Below, in pieces: positions 35,693-42,632 of a stretch of 46,628 nucleotides of DNA (its first letter is position 1; each line of letters starts with the position of its first letter). Below the pieces are notes generated by a model. The model did not search any database and was not told where the DNA came from. It saw nothing but the letters and a program-made list of their open reading frames with translations. Source of the DNA: a virus; IMG/VR virus record IMGVR_UViG_3300034032_000007, positions 1 through 46,628 of that record, one strand, 5' to 3'. The position numbers were made by a program, and so were the translations under genes.

Positions 35693-36082
35693 ATGAGCCT
35701 TCAGAATGTCGGTAAGACCGTAGTGGGCGTTGGCTTGGCAGCACCCGCATTCGTAACCAACGAGCATATTGCTGCATTTGCTCTCTTTGTCGCCTGCCTG
35801 GGCGGCACCTATGCGTCTTTCGCATGGGGCGATCCCGTCGCGCCACGGTCCAAGTTTTTCAGGCTGTTCGTGTCGTGCGTCATCATGGGACTGGCTTTCA
35901 GCATCGTCACTACCGTAGTGGTCGAATGGTATTTCGATACGCTGGAACTGACTGTTGCGGCACGGTGTGGAATTGGTGCCATCGTTTCCTGCCTGACTCG
36001 CTTCATCATGCCCAAGGTCATCGGAGCTATAAGCGATGGCACTTGGAAAGAACTAATCCCCTTCTACGGACGCAAGCAATGA
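35693..36082 (+). CDS. holin-like membrane protein
   Basis: 129 aa with 3-4 hydrophobic helices and a charged C-terminus. It lies between the endolysin and the spanins. Confidence 0.55.
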   Translation: MSLQNVGKTVVGVGLAAPAFVTNEHIAAFALFVACLGGTYASFAWGDPVAPRSKFFRLFVSCVIMGLAFSIVTTVVVEWYFDTLELTVAARCGIGAIVSCLTRFIMPKVIGAISDGTWKELIPFYGRKQ

Positions 36083-36387
36083 CCGCAAATTGGATAACTC
36101 TCGGCGTGAGCGTCGTGGCGCTCGCATTCATCAGCCTCACGATGTTGCTGCGCGGCAACGACTTTCGCCGACGCAGTTTGAAAGATGGTCGGCTCGCTAC
36201 GCTGCGCCTGCTGGGTTTCGTACTGGCAGGGTTCTCGCCGTGGGGCATCGTCGGCTGGTGGTTTTTCCTGGGCCTGTTCCCATCACCCTTCATGGCCGCG
36301 TTCCTGACTGGCGTGGCCTTCGTGTTCTTTACTTCCCCGAACCTGCCGCCGTGGCACAAGTTCCTGACTGAAGGGAGCGATGCGTAA
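36079..36387 (+). CDS. second lysis-cassette membrane protein (holin/antiholin candidate)
   Basis: ATG 36079 overlaps the upstream stop (ATGA). 102 aa with 3 TM helices. It is the C-terminal part of track ORF 35824..36387. Confidence 0.5.
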   Translation: MTANWITLGVSVVALAFISLTMLLRGNDFRRRSLKDGRLATLRLLGFVLAGFSPWGIVGWWFFLGLFPSPFMAAFLTGVAFVFFTSPNLPPWHKFLTEGSDA

Positions 36388-36803
36388 TGGAACCGCTGAC
36401 GTTGCAAGCCAAGATCATCAGCGCGGTTGTCACCGCTGTTGTCATCGGGCTTCTGAGTGTGATGGCCTACAGCCAGATCAAGCAGATGCGCATGGCAGCG
36501 GCACAGAACGAGCAGCGCGGAGGGGTACTGGATGCAGCGTCAGCGGGAATTGCGGAGGGCTCGCGCGTTGACCGTTGGGCTGAGACACACAATGCCGGCG
36601 TGACTGCCGGCCGCGAAACCTTCCGCCAATCCAAGACCGAGGCAATCCGCAATGAACCTGAAACTGCTACCCGTGCTGATCGTCCTGTTCCTGCCAGCGT
36701 GCGTGACGCCTACCGTGCGCGACGACTCGCCCGCGAGCGACTTGGATGCGCTGAGGGCGAATGTGGCCAAGACCGCCAGCCCCACACTGCTACCAAACGG
36801 TAA
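36387..36803 (+). CDS. Rz: i-spanin (Rz-like)
   Basis: N-terminal TM anchor (IISAVVTAVVIGLLSVMAY) followed by a charged helical periplasmic domain. A lipoprotein ORF overlaps it in the +1 frame. Confidence 0.65.
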   Translation: MEPLTLQAKIISAVVTAVVIGLLSVMAYSQIKQMRMAAAQNEQRGGVLDAASAGIAEGSRVDRWAETHNAGVTAGRETFRQSKTEAIRNEPETATRADRPVPASVRDAYRARRLARERLGCAEGECGQDRQPHTATKR

Positions 36804-37005
36804 GGAATACTGCGCGGAGCTGGCACGCACCGAGGATGAGCAGGACGATTGCACGGGCGACCTGGAGGATGCGTTGTTCACTGCCAACCGCAAGGGTGAG
36901 CGCACCTTGCTGACAGTTGACGCATTTATCGAGCGGGAAAAGCTGCGGCGCAATCCGTGTTCGCGCTGGGAAAAGCTGACTCGCCGGGCCCGGTGCAAAC
37001 GCTGA
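36652..37005 (+). CDS. Rz1: o-spanin (Rz1-like outer-membrane lipoprotein), overlapped architecture
   Basis: Signal peptide plus lipobox: MNLKLLPVLIVLFLPAC. It starts inside the Rz-like gene in another frame and extends ~200 nt beyond it. At 117 aa it is large for an o-spanin. Confidence 0.6.
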   Translation: MNLKLLPVLIVLFLPACVTPTVRDDSPASDLDALRANVAKTASPTLLPNGKEYCAELARTEDEQDDCTGDLEDALFTANRKGERTLLTVDAFIEREKLRRNPCSRWEKLTRRARCKR

Positions 37006-37006
37006 C

Positions 37007-37107
37007 CCAAAAACTCCACCACACGGCCAGGCCAAAAATCCCATTACAGGGGGTGCCTGAAAAATTCCACTACAGGGGTGGTCCAAAAATCCCGCTACAG
37101 GGAGGGG
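37007..37107. repeat. four tandem ~25-bp direct repeats (iteron-like), consensus CCAAAAATCCCnnTACAGGGG
   Basis: A5 tracts begin at 37009, 37034, 37060 and 37085 (spacing 25/26/25). Units 2-4 share CAAAAAT(C/T)CC..(T/C)TACAGGG. Unit 1 is degenerate. Confidence 0.8.
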
Positions 37108-37350
37108 TCGGAAAAGCGGCTTTTCTGAACGGGATTCAGGTTTCAGGGGTCGGTCGGGGCATCCTCGCCGGCCCTTTTTCACGCCTGCCAACTGCCACCA
37201 TTTGCCCGCTGCGCCCCGCGCGTCACCCTGCCCTGTACTACCCTACCGCTCAGCACCCTGATTGCCACCAAACGCGAAAGCCCCGCGCGCCTGCCCCTGT
37301 TGATCTAGGGACCGGCACGCGGGGCGATGGACTGCGAGGCGTGAGGGCTG

Positions 37351-37387
37351 AAACGAAAACGCCCCGACCGTGTGAGGGTCAGGGCGT
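37351..37387 (-). terminator. rho-independent terminator of the minus-strand accessory cassette
   Basis: Minus strand: ACGCCCTGACCC-tcacac-GGTCGGGGCGT (one mismatch) followed by TTTTCGTTT, 50 nt after the stop at 37438. A second GC-rich hairpin at 37279-37330 follows. Confidence 0.7.
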
Positions 37388-37437
37388 GGGCCGTCAATGA
37401 CGGGAAACGCTAGGTTGTCAATGTACCGCGTGAAGCG

Positions 37438-37803
37438 TTAAAGACCCGCGAGTGCTTGGACGTTGCCGGCCACGCGCTTTATCGTGTTGATGCGCTGTGG
37501 GTCGGTTTCCGTGTCGAGCATTGCCGCCAAATGGTCAAGGTACAGGCCCGCAATGTCGCCAACGGCAAGCCGTGCAGCATTGCCTGCGGCTACGTCGTCA
37601 AGCGGCGCGGCAATAGCCGCCAAGAGTTGACCGTCTGCGCTAAGGGTCGGCGCGTTCAATGCCGCCGCGAGTGTTGCCGCTGTTTCTGCTGAGTCACAGA
37701 ACGCAACGGGCAGGGTCATCGGCCGCGCGACGCTGTAGTGGTAGCGCGCGACCGTGGAGCGTGACAGTTGGCCCGTTGGGCTGTCCCATACCGTGTAGTT
37801 CAT
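37438..37803 (-). CDS. hypothetical protein
   Basis: ATG 37803 overlaps the upstream stop. 121 aa, Ala-rich, no recognised motif. Confidence 0.55.
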   Translation of the reverse strand: MNYTVWDSPTGQLSRSTVARYHYSVARPMTLPVAFCDSAETAATLAAALNAPTLSADGQLLAAIAAPLDDVAAGNAARLAVGDIAGLYLDHLAAMLDTETDPQRINTIKRVAGNVQALAGL

Positions 37804-38327
37804 GCGCCGTACCTCCGCGCGAGCAACACACGCGCATGGTCCCATGCCGAATTCCAGATGTCCGCGTGTGCTTGTGATGCCGCGTCAAATTCGGGGCCGT
37901 CCAAGTCTCGCCACGCTTTGTCCATCGCCATGTTTGCATCACAAAAATCATGGGTGTGGCAGATCATTGGATCAGTCTGCGCCGCGTTGCGTTCCACGAC
38001 TTGCCGCAATTCGTCAAGGCTCAACCACTCGCGCAGCACGTTAACGAAGCCATGCGCGAGCGTGTACGTGGTGAATTCGTCATCAACGCTTGTGCAGAAT
38101 TCAAAACCTAGCGAATACAGTCCGTCCGCGTCGGGCGTGCGTGCCGCGAATTTCGCAGATCGCTCCGCATCGTCAGGGTCATGCCATGCTGCAACTAGGC
38201 GTGGCCACTCGTGCGCATCTACCCACACGTTGCTCCATCCGTTCCATGTGCTGCCATCGGTGTATCCGTCGAATTCATCGCCGCATGCGTCATAGAAACG
38301 CACGTTATCCAATTTTGTATTGATCAT
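37800..38327 (-). CDS. hypothetical acidic protein
   Basis: ATG 38327, 1 nt after the upstream TAA. 175 aa, Asp/Trp-rich (GYTDGSTWNGWSNVW), with a Cys/His cluster CHTHDFCDANM. Confidence 0.6.
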   Translation of the reverse strand: MINTKLDNVRFYDACGDEFDGYTDGSTWNGWSNVWVDAHEWPRLVAAWHDPDDAERSAKFAARTPDADGLYSLGFEFCTSVDDEFTTYTLAHGFVNVLREWLSLDELRQVVERNAAQTDPMICHTHDFCDANMAMDKAWRDLDGPEFDAASQAHADIWNSAWDHARVLLARRYGA

Positions 38328-38328
38328 G

Positions 38329-38637
38329 TTATGCCCCCGCCTTGTTGTCGAATTGCCACATGCCTTCAGACACGGCCCACTCATATGTCACGGCAATCAT
38401 GTCGGCGAGTGGGCCGACCGCTTCATGGTTGTAGATGGTTGCGACCGCTTCGCCGGCTTCAGGGCGCGGATGCCGATAGATGAAAAGCGGCACGCTGTCC
38501 CATTCGGGCGGCAAGTCATACACCCAACCTGCCAACGGCTCACCATCGGTGAATTCAGCGATCTGCGGATGTACTGCGCCGATGTCGGCAACCTCGCGCC
38601 AAGCTGCGCGGAATTCTTCAAGCGTTGGAGTTTTCAT
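38329..38637 (-). CDS. hypothetical protein
   Basis: 102-aa ORF with GAGG upstream. Confidence 0.6.
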   Translation of the reverse strand: MKTPTLEEFRAAWREVADIGAVHPQIAEFTDGEPLAGWVYDLPPEWDSVPLFIYRHPRPEAGEAVATIYNHEAVGPLADMIAVTYEWAVSEGMWQFDNKAGA

Positions 38638-38674
38638 CGGGAAGCCTCAAGGGCGGGCCGGCGACATTGCCGAA

Positions 38675-38700
38675 CTTGCGCATTCTCACGAGTGCGCAAG
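38675..38700. promoter_or_regulatory. intercistronic hairpin CTTGCGCA-N10-TGCGCAAG
   Basis: Perfect 8-bp inverted repeat read directly between two minus-strand genes. There is no clear U-tract. Confidence 0.4.
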
Positions 38701-38712
38701 GGCAGCGGGAGT

Positions 38713-39051
38713 CTATTTGCAAGCGTTGATTGCGCGGGCGTAAACGTCGCGGATCAGTTCGGCAGGCTTCATGCCCGTCTGTTCGTAAATCGCACGGGCG
38801 TACTCATAGCCGAATGGCTGCGCGATTTCATAGCAGAAGCAAAAGCCGTCATGCTCGGTGGCGTCCGCGTATGTGTCTAGTTCCAATGCTGCGCGCGTCA
38901 CTTCGTCTATGAATTCAAGTTCTCCGGTGTCAATACCAAAATTCCGATCCTCCTCGCGCATGGTTTGCAGGAATTCGTATGCGCCAATCGCAAGGTAAGC
39001 GATTGTCAGGGAATCCGGCGCGACGCGGCCGTCAAGGTTGACAGCGTTCAT
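38713..39051 (-). CDS. hypothetical acidic protein
   Basis: 112-aa ORF whose start overlaps the upstream stop. Rich in Asp/Glu. Confidence 0.6.
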   Translation of the reverse strand: MNAVNLDGRVAPDSLTIAYLAIGAYEFLQTMREEDRNFGIDTGELEFIDEVTRAALELDTYADATEHDGFCFCYEIAQPFGYEYARAIYEQTGMKPAELIRDVYARAINACK

Positions 39052-39341
39052 GCCGTCACCCCTTCGCGTGCAGCTTCGATGCCCTTTAGGAATGCATGCA
39101 TTTGGTCATACAGTTCGCGCTTTGGCACATGACCGAAACCCAAAACAGCATGTACACCGCCGCCAAGGTTGCAAATCTGATGGAGCGCGACGCCGCCGTA
39201 AGCATGCGACAAGCAATAATTCCCGATTTGCGCAACATGGAAGCCGTCATCACCCTTGATATACGGGGCCATCGGCTTATTCAGCGTGCGATTGATGCGG
39301 TCCACGACGGCTTGAAGTTGCTTTTCAGTGATGCGGTTCAT
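39048..39341 (-). CDS. hypothetical protein
   Basis: ATG 39341 (MNRITEKQLQAVVDRINRTLN...). 97 aa with a conserved-looking AYGGVAL...G..PKRELY pattern. The function is unknown to me. Confidence 0.6.
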   Translation of the reverse strand: MNRITEKQLQAVVDRINRTLNKPMAPYIKGDDGFHVAQIGNYCLSHAYGGVALHQICNLGGGVHAVLGFGHVPKRELYDQMHAFLKGIEAAREGVTA

Positions 39342-39442
39342 GCGGAAAGCCTCAGAAAGAGAATGACAAAGATGGAAAGCCAAAACGCGCACATCAGGAT
39401 CGGGCCGGCAATGCGCCAGAACTTAGACTCGCGCTGTTCCAT
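39338..39442 (-). CDS. micro-ORF, single-pass membrane peptide (34 aa; not in the ORF track)
   Basis: Hand translation: MEQRESKFWRIAGPILMCAFWLSIFVILFLRLSA. The stop overlaps the next ATG (ATGA). Confidence 0.35.
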   Translation of the reverse strand: MEQRESKFWRIAGPILMCAFWLSIFVILFLRLSA

Positions 39443-39474
39443 GCGCTCGCGCTTAGTGAGCGGGCCGCGCCGGA

Positions 39475-39606
39475 TCACGCGCAGATGCCCACAAGGCGCA
39501 GAAGGTCGCCCACCGTGAAAGCCTTACGCTGTGGCGCATGCTTGCGGCTGCGGTCTGCTACCGTGAGGCGCGTGGGTCGGTTAGCGTGGGAGCGGTTCTG
39601 ATTCAT
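39475..39606 (-). CDS. micro-ORF, basic peptide (43 aa)
   Basis: ATG 39606 is preceded by GGAGG with a 5-nt spacer. It is the first ORF after the candidate promoter. The track's longer form (39672) lacks an SD. Confidence 0.35.
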   Translation of the reverse strand: MNQNRSHANRPTRLTVADRSRKHAPQRKAFTVGDLLRLVGICA

Positions 39607-39643
39607 GGGAGCCTCCGTTAGAGGGTTGCCGTTGGTGTGATTC

Positions 39644-39672
39644 ATACTCTCATGGTAACCATTTGGTGTCAA
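39644..39672 (-). promoter_or_regulatory. possible promoter TTGACA-N17-GAGTAT (minus strand)
   Basis: The -35 is at 39672..39667 and the -10 at 39649..39644, in the divergent gap between the accessory cassette and the HNH gene. Confidence 0.35.
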
Positions 39673-39700
39673 TTAGAATCACTACCGTTTGTCGGGAATT

Positions 39701-40018
39701 ATGAAACTAAAGAGCATCGGTTCAAGGCTAGGCAAGGCGGGTGAACGGATCGCCGATGGCGGATCGTGGCGCAGTGATAAGCGGACATCCGGCGCGCGTG
39801 GCTATACCTATGAGTGGCAACGCTACCGTGCGCAGTACCTAGCAGAGCATCCTATGTGCCGCATCAAGGGTAAGGGGTGCGAGATAGCCGCGAGCGTGGT
39901 TGACCATATCAAGCCGCATCGCGGTGACATGGTGTTGTTCTGGGATCAGACCAATCACCAGGCTGCATGCGCTCATTGCCACAATGCGCACAAGCAAAAG
40001 AGCGAGCGAAAAGGGTAG
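39701..40018 (+). CDS. HNH endonuclease (packaging-associated type)
   Basis: HPMCRIKGKGCE...VDHIKPHRGD...NHQAACAHCHNAHK is a classic HNH motif with Cys pairs. It lies immediately upstream of terS, as in HK97-like cos phages. The start is ATG 39701 (TTG 39689 in the track). Confidence 0.8.
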   Translation: MKLKSIGSRLGKAGERIADGGSWRSDKRTSGARGYTYEWQRYRAQYLAEHPMCRIKGKGCEIAASVVDHIKPHRGDMVLFWDQTNHQAACAHCHNAHKQKSERKG

Positions 40019-40030
40019 GCAATTACCGAT

Positions 40031-40108
40031 GCGCTTATATCGCGGCGTGGGCGACTGGAACCCCATCACACGATGTGGCTGTAACGAAACCTGACGCTGT
40101 ATAAGCGC
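40031..40108. repeat. 9-bp perfect inverted repeat GCGCTTATA ... TATAAGCGC separated by 60 bp
   Basis: Read directly in the HNH-terS intergenic region. The loop contains GTGGCTGTAACGAAACCTGAC, which also occurs upstream of the lysis cassette. Confidence 0.7.
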
Positions 40109-40162
40109 GTCAATATCGAGCGGTGGTATCGCATAGGGCCGGGCACGCGCGGGCAGAGCGCA

Positions 40163-40191
40163 TTGACAGAAGGGGGAGGGAGGGGTAAAAG
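40163..40191 (+). promoter_or_regulatory. possible promoter TTGACA-N17-TAAAAG upstream of terS
   Basis: Read directly. The 17-nt spacer is an all-purine tract (GAAGGGGGAGGGAGGGG). A complementary CCCTCTCCCTC tract lies at 40219-40229. Confidence 0.4.
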
Positions 40192-40266
40192 TTCGGGCAG
40201 GTACTGCCACCTAGACCGCCCTCTCCCTCACGCACGGATTATTTTGCCCATAGCGGTAACAAAGTC

Positions 40267-40767
40267 ATGTCAAAACTAACTCCAATGATGGCAGCATTCG
40301 CCGCTGGCAAGGTTGCCGGCCTTACAAACCGCGATGCAGGGCTCCACGCCGGGTATTCCGAGAAGTGCGTGGAGCAAACTGCCACCAAACTGATGAAGCA
40401 TCCTGGGGTCAAGGCTGCGATCAAGGCGGGTACGCCGCGTGTGCGTAAGCCCAAGGGTGGCAAGGACGATTGGGACGGCGATGGTGCCGGCGAATCGGCC
40501 AAGGTGGACGCACTGGAAATGCCCAAGGCGAAGTACACATGCGCCAAGGAGTTCTTGACCGATGCGATGAACCACCCGCGCCTGCCCATCGCCGCGCGTG
40601 CCGATTACGCCAAGGCGCTGCTGCCGTATCAGCACGGCAAGGTCGGCGACGTGGGCAAAAAGGAAAACGCCAAGACGCGCGCCGAGAAAATCGCGGGTAA
40701 TGGTGGCAATGGCAAGCCGTCGAAGTTCCAGACGAAGGAAGCGCCGCAACTGAGGGTGGTCAGATAA
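40267..40767 (+). CDS. terS: terminase small subunit (Terminase_2-like)
   Basis: LTPMMAAFAAGKVAGLTNRDAGLHAGYSEKCVEQTATKLMKHPGVKAAI parallels the LTPKQ..F...Y...N...AA..AGYS...A...G..LL..P.V motif of small terminases. Confidence 0.8.
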   Translation: MSKLTPMMAAFAAGKVAGLTNRDAGLHAGYSEKCVEQTATKLMKHPGVKAAIKAGTPRVRKPKGGKDDWDGDGAGESAKVDALEMPKAKYTCAKEFLTDAMNHPRLPIAARADYAKALLPYQHGKVGDVGKKENAKTRAEKIAGNGGNGKPSKFQTKEAPQLRVVR

Positions 40768-40955
40768 TGGCAATCGAGGATCAGGAAGCGATTTTCCGCG
40801 AAGCACTCCGCGTGGGCGCCCGCTCCCGCATGACAAACGAGGACTCCACGCCGGGTAATGCGTCCGTTCCAGCAGCCGTATTGGTGCATAATGCGGATGA
40901 GAACGCGCATGGCATCGGCAATCTTGTCTTGCTTTACAACGTCAGCAAACTCTAA
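40767..40955 (+). CDS. small hypothetical protein
   Basis: 62-aa ORF. ATG overlaps the terS stop (TAATG). Third-position GC is moderate. Confidence 0.4.
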   Translation: MAIEDQEAIFREALRVGARSRMTNEDSTPGNASVPAAVLVHNADENAHGIGNLVLLYNVSKL

Positions 40956-40967
40956 GGGGTTCCAAAA

Positions 40968-41444
40968 ATGTCACTGCAAACCCGTATCAGCGCGTTGATC
41001 ACCGCCATTGGCGTTGACATCAAGACCCTCACGACCCGGATCGGCACGCTCGCCAACCTGACCACGACCGACAAGACCAACCTTGTCAGCGCAATCAACG
41101 AGGTCAAGGCATCGGTGGGCAGCGCCGGGGCCACGATCAACGACACGACGCCATCGGGCACGACGGTCTACTCGTCCAACAAGACGGATTCGCAGATCAC
41201 CGCAGCCATCACGGCGCTCATCAACGGCGCACCCGGTGCGCTCGATACGCTCAATGAGCTGGCCGTGGAACTGGCGGCGCAGGACAGCGTTTCAGACGGA
41301 CTCGTGACCGCCGTGGCCAACCGCGTGCGCTTCGACGCGCCGCAGACCTTGGACACGACGCAGCAGGCCCAGGCGTGTACCAACATCGGCGTGGGCAACC
41401 CCGAGGTCGATCTGGCCGCGCTGTACGTCACCGCCAAGGCGTAA
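40968..41444 (+). CDS. tail-fibre-like protein
   Basis: Fibre signatures LTTTDKTNLVSAINEV and GAPGALDTLNELAVELA. 158 aa. Confidence 0.65.
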   Translation: MSLQTRISALITAIGVDIKTLTTRIGTLANLTTTDKTNLVSAINEVKASVGSAGATINDTTPSGTTVYSSNKTDSQITAAITALINGAPGALDTLNELAVELAAQDSVSDGLVTAVANRVRFDAPQTLDTTQQAQACTNIGVGNPEVDLAALYVTAKA

Positions 41445-41447
41445 ACC

Positions 41448-42632
41448 ATGAGCCTTCAGACGCGACTTGCCGCGCTGATTACCCTAATCGGCGCGGACAT
41501 CAAGGCCCGTGCGCTCAAGGCCACGACGTTCGCGGGCTATGGCATCACGGGCGCGCAGACGCTAGACAGTCAACTGACGGTCGAGCCCGCCACGGGGCAA
41601 GGCTTGTTGATCGCTGCCGGCAACGGCGAGTTCAACTATTCGGGTCTGATTCTCTACAACAAGGCGTACACCCGGTATTGGTCTTTCATGCACCGCTCCG
41701 GTGGTGCCAGCGATGAAGGATCGTTCAAGGCTGAGTATTGGAACGGCACCACCTACAACACGTTCTTTGAGATAACGAAGCTGGGTGTAATGAAAGTGGG
41801 TCCGTCGCTTTCGACGGTCATCCACACCGGCAATCTCGGAACGGGTTTGTCATGGGACGGTGCGGCACTCAACGCCGTTGCATCGCCGACGCCCGCTGCC
41901 ACCCTGACGACTGCGCAAACGCTCGCGTGGAACGGCGACTATCAGGCTACCCAGGCCGCGAACCACACGCTGCCCACTGCGGCATCGGGTGACGTTGGCA
42001 AAACGATCTTTGTCACGTCCTACGCGGATGGCGTGGTGTTGCTTCGCGGCACCAACACCATCAACGACATCGGAGCCGGCAACGATCTGGGCTTGGACAA
42101 CGGCGATTCGGTCACGCTCATGGTGCGGTCGGCCGGCGTGCTGGAAGTCGTCAACCAAGGCACGCGCGGTGCCCCAGGTGGGCAGGCCAAGACGGCGATT
42201 GTGTTGGCATCCAACTTTTCGTCAATCAGTAGTGTACCCGCTGCCGTAACGGGCTGGACCTTTTATGCTGTTGCGGGGAAGAAATACCGCATCCAAGTTC
42301 TCGGTGCGTATCAAAGTGCCGCGACAACCACGGGTGGCGTCATCAAGTTGCTTGCCACTAACGGGGCCGCAGGTACGTTTGCCGGTCAAGCGTGGGGTGC
42401 CATTACGACTGCTGCGGCTGCAACGGAGTTGGGTATTGCCATAACCGCTATCGGGTCAACGCTGACTACGACCGGCGTAAGCGCGATCAACAGCCCGCAC
42501 TACATCGGCATGGATGTTGGCTTCGCTTGCACCACGTCCGGTGACATATCTGTTGGCTGGGCCACGGAAGTTGCCGCAAGCGCCTCGCAACTCAACGCGG
42601 GCTCCATGCTTATCATCGAGGAATTGCCGTAA
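41448..42632 (+). CDS. fibre-like protein sharing the N-terminal module of 40968..41444
   Basis: N-terminus MSLQTRLAALITLIGADIKA versus MSLQTRISALITAIGVDIKT in the preceding gene. 394 aa, Thr/Gly/Ala-rich and beta-rich in appearance. Confidence 0.55.
   Translation: MSLQTRLAALITLIGADIKARALKATTFAGYGITGAQTLDSQLTVEPATGQGLLIAAGNGEFNYSGLILYNKAYTRYWSFMHRSGGASDEGSFKAEYWNGTTYNTFFEITKLGVMKVGPSLSTVIHTGNLGTGLSWDGAALNAVASPTPAATLTTAQTLAWNGDYQATQAANHTLPTAASGDVGKTIFVTSYADGVVLLRGTNTINDIGAGNDLGLDNGDSVTLMVRSAGVLEVVNQGTRGAPGGQAKTAIVLASNFSSISSVPAAVTGWTFYAVAGKKYRIQVLGAYQSAATTTGGVIKLLATNGAAGTFAGQAWGAITTAAAATELGIAITAIGSTLTTTGVSAINSPHYIGMDVGFACTTSGDISVGWATEVAASASQLNAGSMLIIEELP

Noticed and set aside
37007-37107. Possible CRISPR array.
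   Set aside because: The ~25-bp units are directly adjacent, with no unique spacers between them. There are only four units, they are degenerate, and no cas genes or leader are present.
36957-37400. 147-aa + strand ORF spanning the tandem repeats and the GC-rich gap. The antisense ORF 36790..37191 is a similar case.
   Set aside because: The translation simply echoes the DNA repeats (PKIPLQG.. twice) and is Pro/Arg/Gly-rich. It starts inside Rz1 with no SD. The DNA-level repeat explains it better.
39839-40210. 123-aa minus-strand ORF covering the HNH 3-prime end and the HNH-terS gap.
   Set aside because: It is antisense to a well-supported HNH gene and has no SD. Its product is Pro/Arg/Ala-rich. 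The region is better explained by regulatory or packaging signals.
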